Virus record (IMG/VR): IMGVR_UViG_3300044656_000238
Span: 1-64,000 of that record
DNA from: a virus
Taxonomy: Duplodnaviria; Caudoviricetes
Direction: 5' to 3' (one strand)
DNA: 64,000 nucleotides
The translations under genes were made by a program, and so were the position numbers. The notes under the pieces were generated by a model that had not been told where the DNA came from, ran no database searches, and was given only the letters and a program-made list of their open reading frames with translations. Shown one piece after another: positions 18,853-28,135 of this stretch. The first letter of the stretch is position 1. The number at the start of each line of letters is the position of its first letter.

Positions 18853-19137
18853 TCAGAGGCCGGGACTTTCGAAGGTGACCGCGAATCGGTCCGGTAGCGC
18901 GCGGTCGGCAGTCGAGACGGGGTGTCTGGTTGCCGTGGCAGCCGTGACGCCCCCATGGTTCTGATCGGCCAGCCATGCGATCGGGTGCCCGTACCGGGCG
19001 GCGAGGTGGGGGCAGTACCAGTCGCCCTCGCGGTAGGTCGTCCGGCACGGGGCGCAGTGGCCGATCACGTCCGCTGGGGTGATCTCCAACGACAGCGTGC
19101 CGCCCGCGGCGGTGCGGACACCGACGAGCTTCGCCAC
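18853..19137 (-). CDS. Hypothetical protein
   Basis: GGGAGG RBS, CxxC motif. Confidence 0.5.
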   Translation of the reverse strand: MAKLVGVRTAAGGTLSLEITPADVIGHCAPCRTTYREGDWYCPHLAARYGHPIAWLADQNHGGVTAATATRHPVSTADRALPDRFAVTFESPGL

Positions 19138-19155
19138 CCGGTCACCTCCCTTGGG

Positions 19156-20604
19156 TCAGGTGATGACGAGCTGGCCGACCTGCGCGATCGGGATCTCCGG
19201 GTTGTCGGTGACCTTGACCCACATCCAGTACGTGCCTGCCGGCAGCGTGACTCCGCCGTTGCTGGGGCCGACCAGGCACTGGGCGACCCACCGGGACGCG
19301 CCGATCGAGTCCCACGAGCCCGGGTGCCAGTCCGACGGCCCCGGGTTGCCGCCGTCGGGCTTGAACGCGAACGCCACCGCATCCCCGGAGGGGTCATGCG
19401 CGGCGCCATGCACCGTGGCCGCTACGAACACCTGCACGTACTCGGTGGACAACACCGATACGGTCAGCGGCATCGGCAACGCCCCCCGCATCGTCCACCG
19501 AGTACGGATCGCGCCGAACGAGAACACCGCGTTGGACGGTGTCGACTGCGGCACGGTCGCGACGTCGGTCGCGGGTGCCGTGTCCGTCGCTGTGCGGGCC
19601 GCGTGTAGGCCGCGCAGGACGGTGTCGGACGCCGGCGCGATATCGGTCGCGGTGCGTCCGAGCGTCCTGCCCGCTGATGCGGCGTCGGTCGCGGGCGCGG
19701 TGTCCGCTGCCGTCCGGGTCCTGCTTGTCGACCTGGCCACGGCATCGGCGGCTGCGGCGCTGTCCGCGGTGGACCTGGCGGCGTTCCAGGACCTCGCCGC
19801 GGTGTCGGTGGCGGCCGCGGTGTCCGTGGCGGACCGGCCGGTGTTGGTCGACCTGGCGGTCGTGTCCGACGCCGGTGCTGTGTCACCGGCCGACCGGCCC
19901 AGCACGACAGCGCGTGCCGTCGTGTCGGTGGCCGGTGCGGTGTCGGCGGCGGTGACCGAGCCGCCGCCCGCTGCCGCTTGGATCTCAACGCCGGCGATCA
20001 CCCACGCCTGGCTGCCCGGCGCCGACAAGCCCACTGTCTGCGCGCCCGCGGTCGGTGCGGCTTGGTAGGCGAAGTAGGCGACGCCGTTGAAGCTGGCGTG
20101 GCCGTCCTGGAGTCCGTCCTCAGTGGCGCCCGACAGATAGACCCGGGTCGCGGGGTCGCGGGACTGTGCGTCGCCGGAGACCCACGTGACGATCGAGCCG
20201 TCTGCGGTCGTGGTGACCGTTGAGGAGGGTGCGCCGGAGCCGCTGATCAGGCTGCACACTGCCGGTGACGCGGCAACTTTCGCGTTGCCCCACCGCTCGA
20301 CGACCATCGAGTGCACGCTCGACCCGGACGGCGTCGAGGAGATTGTCATCGCGCCCGGCGAGCCGGTGATCTTCGTGGTGAAGACGCCGGCCCACTGGTT
20401 GAAGCCGCCCGGCGCGGACAGCTGCGCCGACACGTAGGTCTGGCCGCCGCCGCTCGGCGTGCCCATCGAGACGTTGGTGTCCCACGTGGACAGCTTCACC
20501 ACGACGATCTCGCCGTTGGACGGGGTGAAACTGGGGGAGGTGATGTCCGCGGTGGTTTGGGTCAGGGCGTAGGTGGCGTAACTGGCGATCAGCGTGGGCG
20601 ACAT
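19156..20604 (-). CDS. Fibre-like virion protein with 20-aa repeats and a C-terminal Ig/BppU-like domain
   Basis: Beta-rich N-domain, about 7 (T/S)AxD(T/S)AxAxD repeats, and a GTYWMWVKVTDNPEIP C-domain. Confidence 0.6.
   Translation of the reverse strand: MSPTLIASYATYALTQTTADITSPSFTPSNGEIVVVKLSTWDTNVSMGTPSGGGQTYVSAQLSAPGGFNQWAGVFTTKITGSPGAMTISSTPSGSSVHSMVVERWGNAKVAASPAVCSLISGSGAPSSTVTTTADGSIVTWVSGDAQSRDPATRVYLSGATEDGLQDGHASFNGVAYFAYQAAPTAGAQTVGLSAPGSQAWVIAGVEIQAAAGGGSVTAADTAPATDTTARAVVLGRSAGDTAPASDTTARSTNTGRSATDTAAATDTAARSWNAARSTADSAAAADAVARSTSRTRTAADTAPATDAASAGRTLGRTATDIAPASDTVLRGLHAARTATDTAPATDVATVPQSTPSNAVFSFGAIRTRWTMRGALPMPLTVSVLSTEYVQVFVAATVHGAAHDPSGDAVAFAFKPDGGNPGPSDWHPGSWDSIGASRWVAQCLVGPSNGGVTLPAGTYWMWVKVTDNPEIPIAQVGQLVIT
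19555..19955 (-). repeat. About 7 degenerate 60-bp tandem repeats (20 aa each)
   Basis: TAADTAPATDTTARAVVLGR / SAGDTAPASDTTARSTNTGR / ... Confidence 0.7.
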
Positions 20605-20674
20605 GCGACGCCCCCTGCCTGCCCATCTGGCCGCCCAGCGCCACCCGGCGCGACCGTAGCCGGACGGCCGCTGG

Positions 20675-21292
20675 TCACATCGTGACGGTCTGGCTGACCG
20701 TGCAGGCGTCCCCGCTCGCGGTGAGCGTCGCCGTGGCGTTCAACAGCGTCTCGTGCAGCATCAAGCCGCTGGAAATCGAGTTGAACACACCCATCTTTGC
20801 CACCGTGACCGGCAGACTGTCGGAGCCGTTCGCCGTGAACGTCGCCGTCAAGGTGTACGTCGACGCGCCCGCAGTGTGTGCGTACGTCGCGAGCTTGCGG
20901 ACCAAACCGCCCCCGGCCGTGGTGATCTCCCCCGCGAGGGTCGTGTCCGATGCCGACGGGCTCGTGCTGTTCGCCGTGATCGCCATGAACCAGGCCGGCG
21001 CGCCACCCGGCAGGATGACGTACGTCCCCGTCGACGGCGTGGAGCCGGCGGCACCCCCAGGCGTCGCCGGCGCGTACCAGCGGTCAACCGTCAGCGCCGT
21101 GCCCGTGTTAGACAGGACCACGCCGTAGACGCCGCCGGTCGCGACCACGTGGCCGGCGAACGCATTCGTCGTCCACGACTTGCCAGAGTCCGTCAGCGTC
21201 GTGCTCGTCGTGCCGGTCGACGTGCCGGTGTCGCCCGCGACGTCCCCGCCCAGGCAGCGGGCCTCGACGTCATTGCCGCTGTTGACCTTCAC
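20675..21292 (-). CDS. Virion structural protein (Thr/Gly-rich)
   Basis: TLTDSGKSWTTNAFAG, DTTLAGEIT and GVFN...GLML motifs typical of fibre-associated proteins. Confidence 0.6.
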   Translation of the reverse strand: MKVNSGNDVEARCLGGDVAGDTGTSTGTTSTTLTDSGKSWTTNAFAGHVVATGGVYGVVLSNTGTALTVDRWYAPATPGGAAGSTPSTGTYVILPGGAPAWFMAITANSTSPSASDTTLAGEITTAGGGLVRKLATYAHTAGASTYTLTATFTANGSDSLPVTVAKMGVFNSISSGLMLHETLLNATATLTASGDACTVSQTVTM

Positions 21293-21549
21293 TCCGACAC
21301 CTCCCAGTCCGCAGGGCGGCCGACCGGGACGCCGTAGAACGCAGCCAGACGTGCCGCGAACGCGTCGTTGTCGGCCTCAACCCACGCAGGTGCCGGATCG
21401 ACGCTGTGCGCCGCCCACACACCGCTCGGATCGACGATCGTGCGCAACGCCTCGTCCGCGCTGTCGCTGTCCGGGACCGTCACGAGAGTGACACTGCGGC
21501 GCCCCACCTGAGGGTCTGACGGGTTCGCGTTGCCGAGCTCGATGCGCAT
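21289..21549 (-). CDS. Hypothetical protein
   Basis: AGGAG RBS, coupled to the downstream gene. Confidence 0.65.
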   Translation of the reverse strand: MRIELGNANPSDPQVGRRSVTLVTVPDSDSADEALRTIVDPSGVWAAHSVDPAPAWVEADNDAFAARLAAFYGVPVGRPADWEVSE

Positions 21550-21560
21550 CGGGGTCTCTC

Positions 21561-21884
21561 CTACTCCTCAACCCAACCGGGCTGCTGCGGGTCGTTCGTT
21601 GCCGCGGTGAGGCCGATGCACATGACCGTCTGCGGTGTTCCGGAATCGAGCCCGACGGTCAGGTACGGGCGCGTGAACGTCCAGCGGCGGAAACGCTCGC
21701 CGATGGTGCAGACCGCGACCAGGTTGTCGTCGGCGTCGAGGGCCACCGTCGCGGTGCCGACCGGGTTGTCGACGTCGAGCTCGACAGTCATCGGAACCGG
21801 ATCAGCCGGCAAGATCCAGGTAGTGGTGTCGACGCCCTGGGTGCTGCCGAACGCGGCTCGATAGGCGATACCGGTGATCTGCAC
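21561..21884 (-). CDS. Hypothetical protein
   Basis: GAGGA RBS, tiles the operon. Confidence 0.6.
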   Translation of the reverse strand: MQITGIAYRAAFGSTQGVDTTTWILPADPVPMTVELDVDNPVGTATVALDADDNLVAVCTIGERFRRWTFTRPYLTVGLDSGTPQTVMCIGLTAATNDPQQPGWVEE

Positions 21885-21893
21885 GACGGGTCC

Positions 21894-22190
21894 TCAGGAT
21901 CGGGTGGGCTGCTCGGGCACCGAATTCTGGAACGGGCTCGCTGGCTGAGCGATCGACCGCACCAGCGCGGGTCCGAGGTTGCGGTAGCCGGCGATCTGCT
22001 CCTGCGCGGGCGCGTTGTCCGCGGCGGCGCGGCCGGCGCATCGCCAGCCGTGCGCGATCGTCGGGTTGCGGTCCTGCTGCTCGTCCCAGGTCGGCAGCTG
22101 GTCGCCGTTGAACGCGACACCGCCGACGGCGTCGCAGTACGCCTCGTAGGCGCGGCGGCCGAGAAGGCTGTCCTTGGTGTTGTCGGTCAT
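21894..22190 (-). CDS. Hypothetical phage protein
   Basis: AYEAY...GG...NGDQLPTW...W motif. AAGGA RBS. Confidence 0.65.
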   Translation of the reverse strand: MTDNTKDSLLGRRAYEAYCDAVGGVAFNGDQLPTWDEQQDRNPTIAHGWRCAGRAAADNAPAQEQIAGYRNLGPALVRSIAQPASPFQNSVPEQPTRS

Positions 22191-22209
22191 GCAGGTCCTT
22201 CGGGCGGTG

Positions 22210-22371
22210 TCAGGAGTGGGCGGTCAGAACATCGACGAGGAGCACGAGGCCGGCCAGCACCACGGCGGCGACGTCGAGGACTCGGACGACGGTCGGCTGC
22301 GGCAGCAACCGCGCCAAGGCGATCAGGAACACGGCCAGGGCGAGCAGGACGGCGAGCAGGGCCGGGCTCAT
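22210..22371 (-). CDS. Small two-TM membrane protein
   Basis: GGGAGG RBS. 53 aa, almost entirely hydrophobic. Confidence 0.6.
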   Translation of the reverse strand: MSPALLAVLLALAVFLIALARLLPQPTVVRVLDVAAVVLAGLVLLVDVLTAHS

Positions 22372-22562
22372 GTCGACCTCCCGGGGGTTCGAGGTTGAGG
22401 GTGCCGGCGGCGTTCGTCGGGTTCGCCGCCGGCTATGAAGTTGTGGACCCTCGTGTCCCGGCCGAGTTCGTGACAACGGCGGCCGGGACACGAAGAAAGG
22501 GTGCGGGTGCCGCATCCGGCTACCGCCCTGCGCCAGGGGCACCCGCAGACTGTGGGGCCGCG

Positions 22563-22976
22563 CTAGTAGCGCGGTCGTGGGAGCCGGTTCTCCCCGGTGT
22601 CGGGGTCGATACCGAGCTGGTAGGCCAGCACGCGGACGAGGTGGTTCGTGTGGTCCGTGACCGTGGCGATGTGGACCTGCGCGGCGTGGTCGGCGTCCGC
22701 TTTGGCGTCCCGCTTCGCGTCGGCCCGGTTGGCGGCGTTCTGCAGCACCGGCAACGCCCACGCCTGAAACCAGCTGGAGAACACGATGCTGACGACGAGC
22801 TTCACGCCGTCCGACGCCGGCAGCGTCAGCAACGGCACCAGGAACGTCACCCAGAACAGGGCCATCGACCCGAGGACGCTGGACGCCACCCTGGACACCG
22901 TGGTGTTGAACCAGCCGACAGCGGCGCGCTCGGCAGCCAGGAGCTCACGCGGGTGCCGGACAGCAGGGTGCGTCAC
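22563..22976 (-). CDS. Membrane protein (DUF1003-like)
   Basis: GGGAGG RBS. GSM..F, two TM segments, Q...LPVL..A.NR motif. Confidence 0.55.
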   Translation of the reverse strand: MTHPAVRHPRELLAAERAAVGWFNTTVSRVASSVLGSMALFWVTFLVPLLTLPASDGVKLVVSIVFSSWFQAWALPVLQNAANRADAKRDAKADADHAAQVHIATVTDHTNHLVRVLAYQLGIDPDTGENRLPRPRY

Positions 22977-23333
22977 CGTGTGCCTCCCTTGGGGTGGTAC
23001 CGGCACCGATCCAGTCGTCGTGCCGCGAGGTGCGGGCACTGCTGGCCGGACGGCAGCGTCACGGCGCACCGCGGGCGCCGGGGCTTCGTCACCTGGGCCG
23101 CCGGCGAGGAGCTGGTGCCGCGCGGTCCATGCGGGATGAACGCCCTGCTGGGCTTCCTCAGTGACCCAGGCGATGTAGCCGCCGCAGTACAGCGCGCCGG
23201 GGGTCGCGTCCAGGCCCTTGGGGTGGTGCTCGATTAGGCCGATGGTCTGGCCAGCGCTGGTCCGAAGCCAGACGAAGCTGTGCCCGTCGCCGAGGTCATG
23301 CTCATCCTCACGGCCTTCGTAGGAGGTCGGCAT
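22973..23333 (-). pseudogene. Chimeric deletion-junction ORF (5' part of one gene joined to an out-of-frame Zn-finger gene tail)
   Basis: MPTSYEG...GPGDEA starts with a GGAGG RBS. An alternate frame holds RCAVTLPSGQQCPHLA...RCRYH ending at the next GTG. Confidence 0.4.
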
Positions 23334-23439
23334 CCGCCACCTCCAGCTTGGAAGTGGGCCGCCGCGCTGGTTCCACGCCACGCGGCGGCCCGAACCCCCG
23401 GACCCCAGCGGGGGCAGACCACACAGGCCCGAACATGAC

Positions 23440-23474
23440 GAAGGCCCCAACCACAGGCCGTGGTTGGGGCCTTC
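23440..23474. terminator. Perfect 15-bp hairpin at the early/late boundary
   Basis: GAAGGCCCCAACCAC-N5-GTGGTTGGGGCCTTC. Confidence 0.65.
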
Positions 23475-23481
23475 AGCGCCT

Positions 23482-23910
23482 TCAGGGCGCGCGTCGTCCT
23501 GCCGGCAACGGTACATCAGCAGTACCGCGAACGTCACCACCACGCCGAACGGCGCGCCGCACCCGACGGGACGCCTGGAACTCCAGCACGTCCCCAAACC
23601 GGAACCGCAGACCGTCAGGAGTGCGGATCGATCTCAACCCGCGGCCGACCCACAGATCGACGGTGCGCGGCTGCACCCCAGCGTGGTCAGCGACGTCCGC
23701 AGCGGTGAGCAGGTCGTCCGGCTCATAGATCGCGATCTTCGGGGTGATCCAGCCCTGCCCGAACCGGACAGCGTCGGCATCCAGTTGGAGGCACGCCTCG
23801 GGCGCGACCTCCATCAACTTGTCGCGGTAGATGCGGGCCAGGTGCTCGCGGCGCTCCAGCACCGACTCCGCCGGCCATGGCCACCTGTCGGTGACGCGAC
23901 GGCGCGGCAT
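23482..23910 (-). CDS. MerR/excisionase-like HTH DNA-binding protein
   Basis: LLTAADVADHAGVQPRTVDLWVGRG...RFRFGDV motif. Confidence 0.7.
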   Translation of the reverse strand: MPRRRVTDRWPWPAESVLERREHLARIYRDKLMEVAPEACLQLDADAVRFGQGWITPKIAIYEPDDLLTAADVADHAGVQPRTVDLWVGRGLRSIRTPDGLRFRFGDVLEFQASRRVRRAVRRGGDVRGTADVPLPAGRRAP

Positions 23911-24644
23911 CAGGCGGCCTCGAAGGACACCGCGAGGGCGTTGCACAACTTGTCGTACTCGTCCCAGGTGTAGTCGTGTTCGCACTGCCGGCAGTGGATG
24001 ATGTCGTCGCCGTCGACGCGTTCAAGCGCGGTGCACTGGCAGCGCGGGCACGGTGCCGGCAGTCGGTGCACGAGCCGGGTCCGGCCGGCGACAGCGCGAG
24101 TGCGGTGGTGCAGATCGAGCAACACGAGCGCGCCGGTGATGCCGTCCCGCTCCTGGACCTCGCGTTCGCCGGCGTCGTTCCATCCGATGTGGACGATATC
24201 GCGGAGGGCGAGCATCGGGGACAGCGACGCGGCAAGCAGACGCGCGGCGCGTTGCACACGAAACCCGGGGCGTGAGTGGCCGACGGTGTAGTTGTCCCAC
24301 CTGATCTGGAGGACTTCGGCTGTGGACTCGGCCCAGCAGCACAGCTCGTGCAGGATCGCCGCTTGCACTGCTTCGATGGCGGTGCGGATCGGGATGGGGA
24401 GGTCGCGGGTGCCCGACACCATGGCGCCGCCGATGCTGTTGGTGCGGCCCAGGAGCATGTCGAGCTCGGTGTAGTCGGTGGGGAGCTCGGTGATGGCTCG
24501 GGCGGTGCTGGTGGTGCAGACGGGGCAGAGACCGGTTTCGGCGGGGATGAGAGCGCCGACGACCTCGGTGTCGGTGAGGCGTTGGCGGTCGGGGCAGCGG
24601 TTGGCTCTACGGCACCGGTGGGGGACTGGGGGCGTGTCGAGCAT
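23910..24644 (-). CDS. Actinophage protein with a C-terminal Zn ribbon (possible late-gene regulator pair with 23482..23910)
   Basis: GLCPVC and LPAPCPRC...CRQC motifs. Last gene pair before the late region. Confidence 0.6.
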   Translation of the reverse strand: MLDTPPVPHRCRRANRCPDRQRLTDTEVVGALIPAETGLCPVCTTSTARAITELPTDYTELDMLLGRTNSIGGAMVSGTRDLPIPIRTAIEAVQAAILHELCCWAESTAEVLQIRWDNYTVGHSRPGFRVQRAARLLAASLSPMLALRDIVHIGWNDAGEREVQERDGITGALVLLDLHHRTRAVAGRTRLVHRLPAPCPRCQCTALERVDGDDIIHCRQCEHDYTWDEYDKLCNALAVSFEAA

Positions 24645-24802
24645 GGGGGCCTCCCGGAGCGGTGGGGATGATCGCGAGGGTAACCGTCAGTACGGAGGAT
24701 TTCCGGTATTCGTGCGTCACAGCCTGGTGTCGGTTGCGCACGGTGATCGTTTGACCGCGAATTCTATGGACCAACTGGTACATTCAGTCGCATACTGTTG
24801 GT

Positions 24803-25018
24803 ATGGAGACTCTCTACCTGCGCGTCTCCGCCCGTGAGGCGCGATACGACGGCACGGACGAGTTGGCGTCCGAGCGTGACGAACACGTCTGCACCTACCC
24901 GGGATGCAACGCCCGCCCGGGCCAGCTCTGCCAGAACCCGCTCACTGGCCGGCCGGCCCGCGTCCCCCACATGCTGCACCGGCGAGCGCAATCTGAGCCG
25001 CCGCTGCTGGGCAGCTGA
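24803..25018 (+). CDS. Small phage zinc-finger protein
   Basis: CTYPGCNARPGQLC...H motif. TACTGT just upstream. Confidence 0.45.
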   Translation: METLYLRVSAREARYDGTDELASERDEHVCTYPGCNARPGQLCQNPLTGRPARVPHMLHRRAQSEPPLLGS

Positions 25019-25175
25019 TCAACCCGTGTTGGAGCATCGCCCCGAACATCCAACGCAGACCGGCGCGGTGTTGGATGCCGCCCCCGGACGCAACTGTGGC
25101 CGTCTCCCCACCCGAGGGGAGACGGCCACAGGGGTTGCCGTACCAGGTACGGCGACTACAGCTGGCAAACCAAGC

Positions 25176-25385
25176 CTACGCTGCGGCGGTCGCCCGCTCG
25201 CGCAGGTGCTCCCACGCGGCCAGCTCGTCTGCGGTGATGTGGAACGCGCACGCCTCTGCACCGCGCCTGGGCCATGCCATGCACGGCAGGCCCGTGGACG
25301 CCGCGATCCGGCCGCAGCGCTCGCGGCCTCCAACGTCGGGCGCGAGGGTGTCGTCGACGTCGAACAGGACGAGGACGTTCGTCAT
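25176..25385 (-). CDS. Small CCCH Zn-finger protein
   Basis: RCG...TGLPC.......G..AC.FH motif. Confidence 0.45.
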   Translation of the reverse strand: MTNVLVLFDVDDTLAPDVGGRERCGRIAASTGLPCMAWPRRGAEACAFHITADELAAWEHLRERATAAA

Positions 25386-25437
25386 CCAGCCAGTGTCGCG
25401 CGAACAGCACGACGGACGGTAATCCGATCTTGCGCCG

Positions 25438-25776
25438 TCATGGCAGTTTGGCGACCTGCACGTTGGTCAGGCCAGCTGACCGCATCTTCGCGGCGAAGTC
25501 TTCCAGCCATACCAGAGCAGCTCTGCGTGGGTCCTCATCCTCGGGGTGTTCGTAGATCGTCCAGATCAGGGATCCCGCGTAGACGGTGTCGTCGGCCGCG
25601 CCACGGCGCCACGTATCGGCGATCGATCGCAGCGCGGGAGCCATGATGGCGGCCTCGTCCAGTTGGGACTGGACCTCCGTGAAAGCCTGGTCTCGGGTCA
25701 GTCCGCCTCGGCCGATCGTAGGCTTGATCGCCATGTCGGCGGGGACGAGCTCGACCTGCATGAAGTTCCAGGCCAT
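25438..25776 (-). CDS. Hypothetical protein
   Basis: Coupled by TGATG to the HTH gene. Confidence 0.6.
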   Translation of the reverse strand: MAWNFMQVELVPADMAIKPTIGRGGLTRDQAFTEVQSQLDEAAIMAPALRSIADTWRRGAADDTVYAGSLIWTIYEHPEDEDPRRAALVWLEDFAAKMRSAGLTNVQVAKLP

Positions 25777-26276
25777 CACTGCTCCGTGTCGGCGGTGGCG
25801 TCGAGCCACTTGTCGAGGGTCGGTCGCGTCACTCCGTAGGATGCGGCGAGGTCGGTCTTCTTCTCGCCGGCCTCATACCGGAGCCGGGCGTCCCGGATAC
25901 GCGCGTCTCGAACCTCGTTCAGTGACCGCTCCAGGTGGTGGATCTCTGCGGCGTACGCGTCAGCCGCCTCCTGCGTATCGGTGATCAACTTGATGACCAG
26001 CAGACCGGGCAGGTGCGCGGCGACAGCGATTTGCCGGTGGCTGCCACCCTCGGCGAGGACCTCGTTGACGAGGCGGCGCGCGGTCTCTCCCTGGGCCTTG
26101 CGCCGCCGGTCGGCGTCGATCCGCAAGTCGATAGCCCACGTCTCGTCCAACGCCGTGATGGGACGGTCGTAGTAGTCGACGACCGCCTTCGCGGCCAGCT
26201 GGACGAGCTCCCCGATCTCGGCTCTGGTTCCTGATCCTCGGGAGACGATGGCTTCGCCCTGGTGTGGCGTCAGCAT
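25776..26276 (-). CDS. Helix-turn-helix protein
   Basis: C-terminal GEKKTDLAASYGVTRPTLDKWL. Confidence 0.7.
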   Translation of the reverse strand: MLTPHQGEAIVSRGSGTRAEIGELVQLAAKAVVDYYDRPITALDETWAIDLRIDADRRRKAQGETARRLVNEVLAEGGSHRQIAVAAHLPGLLVIKLITDTQEAADAYAAEIHHLERSLNEVRDARIRDARLRYEAGEKKTDLAASYGVTRPTLDKWLDATADTEQ

Positions 26277-26310
26277 GGTGGGTCCTGTTCTGCGTTTGGG
26301 CGGGTGATGT

Positions 26311-26715
26311 TCAGGCGTTGTCCCAGATTTGGACGCTGTAGGTGCCGGAGCCGTCGTCGTACTGGGTCGCGCCGGGCTGGGAGTGGTAGCGGCGGCCGGG
26401 GCCGAATGCGGCGTTCTGGACGACGGTGTAGCCGTCGCGACGGTTGGCGCGGGCCAGCTGCTCGGCCTCGATCTCCGTTGCGGTCTTGCCGAACTCGGCG
26501 ACGGAGTAGGTGAAACCCTCGCGGGTGTGGGTGCTGTCGATGCGGGTGACGCGGACGGCCTTGGTGGTGCCGTCGGCTTTGGTGACGTCGACGATGGCGT
26601 CCTTCTGGATCTTGTCGGCGGCGCCGATGATCATCCAGCCGGAGGGGGCCTTCGTGAAGAAGATTTTGCCGGCCTTGGCTTCCTCGAACATCTGCCGGAG
26701 TTTCGCGTTGTCCAT
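26311..26715 (-). CDS. Hypothetical protein, first gene of a promoter-bearing cassette
   Basis: GGGGAGG RBS, strongly biased codons. Confidence 0.7.
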   Translation of the reverse strand: MDNAKLRQMFEEAKAGKIFFTKAPSGWMIIGAADKIQKDAIVDVTKADGTTKAVRVTRIDSTHTREGFTYSVAEFGKTATEIEAEQLARANRRDGYTVVQNAAFGPGRRYHSQPGATQYDDGSGTYSVQIWDNA

Positions 26716-26723
26716 GTCTGCCT

Positions 26724-26771
26724 CCCCAATGGATGTATACCCACTATACATCCATTGGGGTCGACTGTAAA
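26724..26771 (-). promoter_or_regulatory. Sigma70-like promoter with a 16-bp perfect inverted repeat operator
   Basis: TTTACA-N17-TATAGT. CCCCAATGGATGTATA-N5-TATACATCCATTGGGG overlaps the -10 box and RBS. Confidence 0.7.
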
Positions 26772-26857
26772 CCCCCTATGCAAGGCGACCGGGGGGCGCT
26801 CCCATGCCAGCGGGAGCGCCGCTCATCACGTACCGGCAGCCGGCACCCCGACCGGTC

Positions 26858-27052
26858 CTACTCCTCGACCGCGCGCAGGTACCGTTCCCACGCCTCGTCC
26901 GCACCTGGCTGTTGCAGCAGCACCCACCGGTCGACCATCGCCCCGGCCTCGGCCCGGGTCAGTTCTCCCTCGGCGAACTCCACCAGGCGCCGGACCGCCT
27001 CATCGCGCGGGTGGTCCATTGCCAGGGTGCGCGCCTCGCGCTCCAGTTCCAT
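26858..27052 (-). CDS. Small hypothetical protein
   Basis: Helical acidic ORF with high GC3. Confidence 0.4.
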   Translation of the reverse strand: MELEREARTLAMDHPRDEAVRRLVEFAEGELTRAEAGAMVDRWVLLQQPGADEAWERYLRAVEE

Positions 27053-27502
27053 GCTCGCCACGCCAGGCACCGTATCGATACGCCTCGCGGTAGCCCGCGC
27101 CCAGCAGCAGGATGACGGCACCAACTACCGCCGGGAGGCCCCGTCATGGCCCTGATGACATGGAGTACGTCGTAGCGGCCGACGGCGCTGGTGCACAGCC
27201 GCGGACGGCGCAGTAGCAAACGCAGCGGCGCGGCCCGGCTACCACCCCGGACCGCGCCGTAACACGCCACTCCCGCAAACAAGCAAGCAAGGCCGGTCCA
27301 TCATGCACTAGGCCGGAGAACAAACACGGACGGCCCCCAGCGCCAACTGGAGGCCGTCATCCCCTGTGCTCGGCTGATCGCATCGCGGCCCGGGGAGGTG
27401 GAGCCGGGATGGCAGTGCGCCCACTGTGCGTCCCGGAGCCCGGCAGCGATAGTGTAACGCCGGGAACCGGACACTCCCGCCCGCAGCGCCTACCCTGCGG
27501 GC

Positions 27503-28135
27503 ATGACTGACCCCGACTACACCGCCATCTGCCTGCTGATCGACCGCTCCGGCTCCATGAAGTCCATCCAGGACGCCACCGCCGAGGCCATCAACGGGTT
27601 CGTCCACGAGCAAGCCGCCGGCAACGGCCGGCGTACCATCCGTATCTCCACGTTCGACGTCGGCACGCCCGACGTGTTCTGCCCGTCCACGCCGGCCGCC
27701 GCAGTGCCGCCGTTCGCGCTCCACCCGCGCGGTGCCACAGCGCTCCTCGACGCCATGGGCACCACCATCACCGAGTTCGGCGCCGAGCTCGCCGCAATGC
27801 CGGAGGACCAGCGTCCCGGACACGTCGTGTTCGCGGTGATGACCGACGGGCTGGAAAACGCCTCCACCGACTACACCTGGCCGCGCGTGAAGGAGATGGT
27901 GCAGCACCAGGAGTCCGTGTACGGCTGGAACGTCGTCTACCTCGGCGCGAACCAGGACGCCATCCAGGTCGGAGCCCAGCTTGGCGTCCGCGCCGGCAGT
28001 TCCCTGACCTACAGCGCCAGCGACGCGACCACCCGGTCCGCGGTCGGGGCCACCAGCGCCTACGTGACCAGTGTGGCCGCCGGCAACGCCGCGGCGTTCA
28101 CCGACGCGCAACGCCGCGTCGCGACCGGCCGCTGA
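27503..28135 (+). CDS. vWA-domain protein, leaderless
   Basis: MIDAS motif DRSGSM, PRGATALLDA, MTDGLENAS and YLGANQDA. TACCCT 6 nt before ATG. Confidence 0.88.
   Translation: MTDPDYTAICLLIDRSGSMKSIQDATAEAINGFVHEQAAGNGRRTIRISTFDVGTPDVFCPSTPAAAVPPFALHPRGATALLDAMGTTITEFGAELAAMPEDQRPGHVVFAVMTDGLENASTDYTWPRVKEMVQHQESVYGWNVVYLGANQDAIQVGAQLGVRAGSSLTYSASDATTRSAVGATSAYVTSVAAGNAAAFTDAQRRVATGR

Noticed and set aside
19555-19955. Periodic repeats resembling a CRISPR or DGR array
   Set aside because: They are degenerate in-frame 60-bp coding repeats with no spacers, and no cas or reverse transcriptase gene is visible.
22210-22976. Small TM genes as a holin/lysis cassette
   Set aside because: No endolysin is adjacent, so the function cannot be supported.
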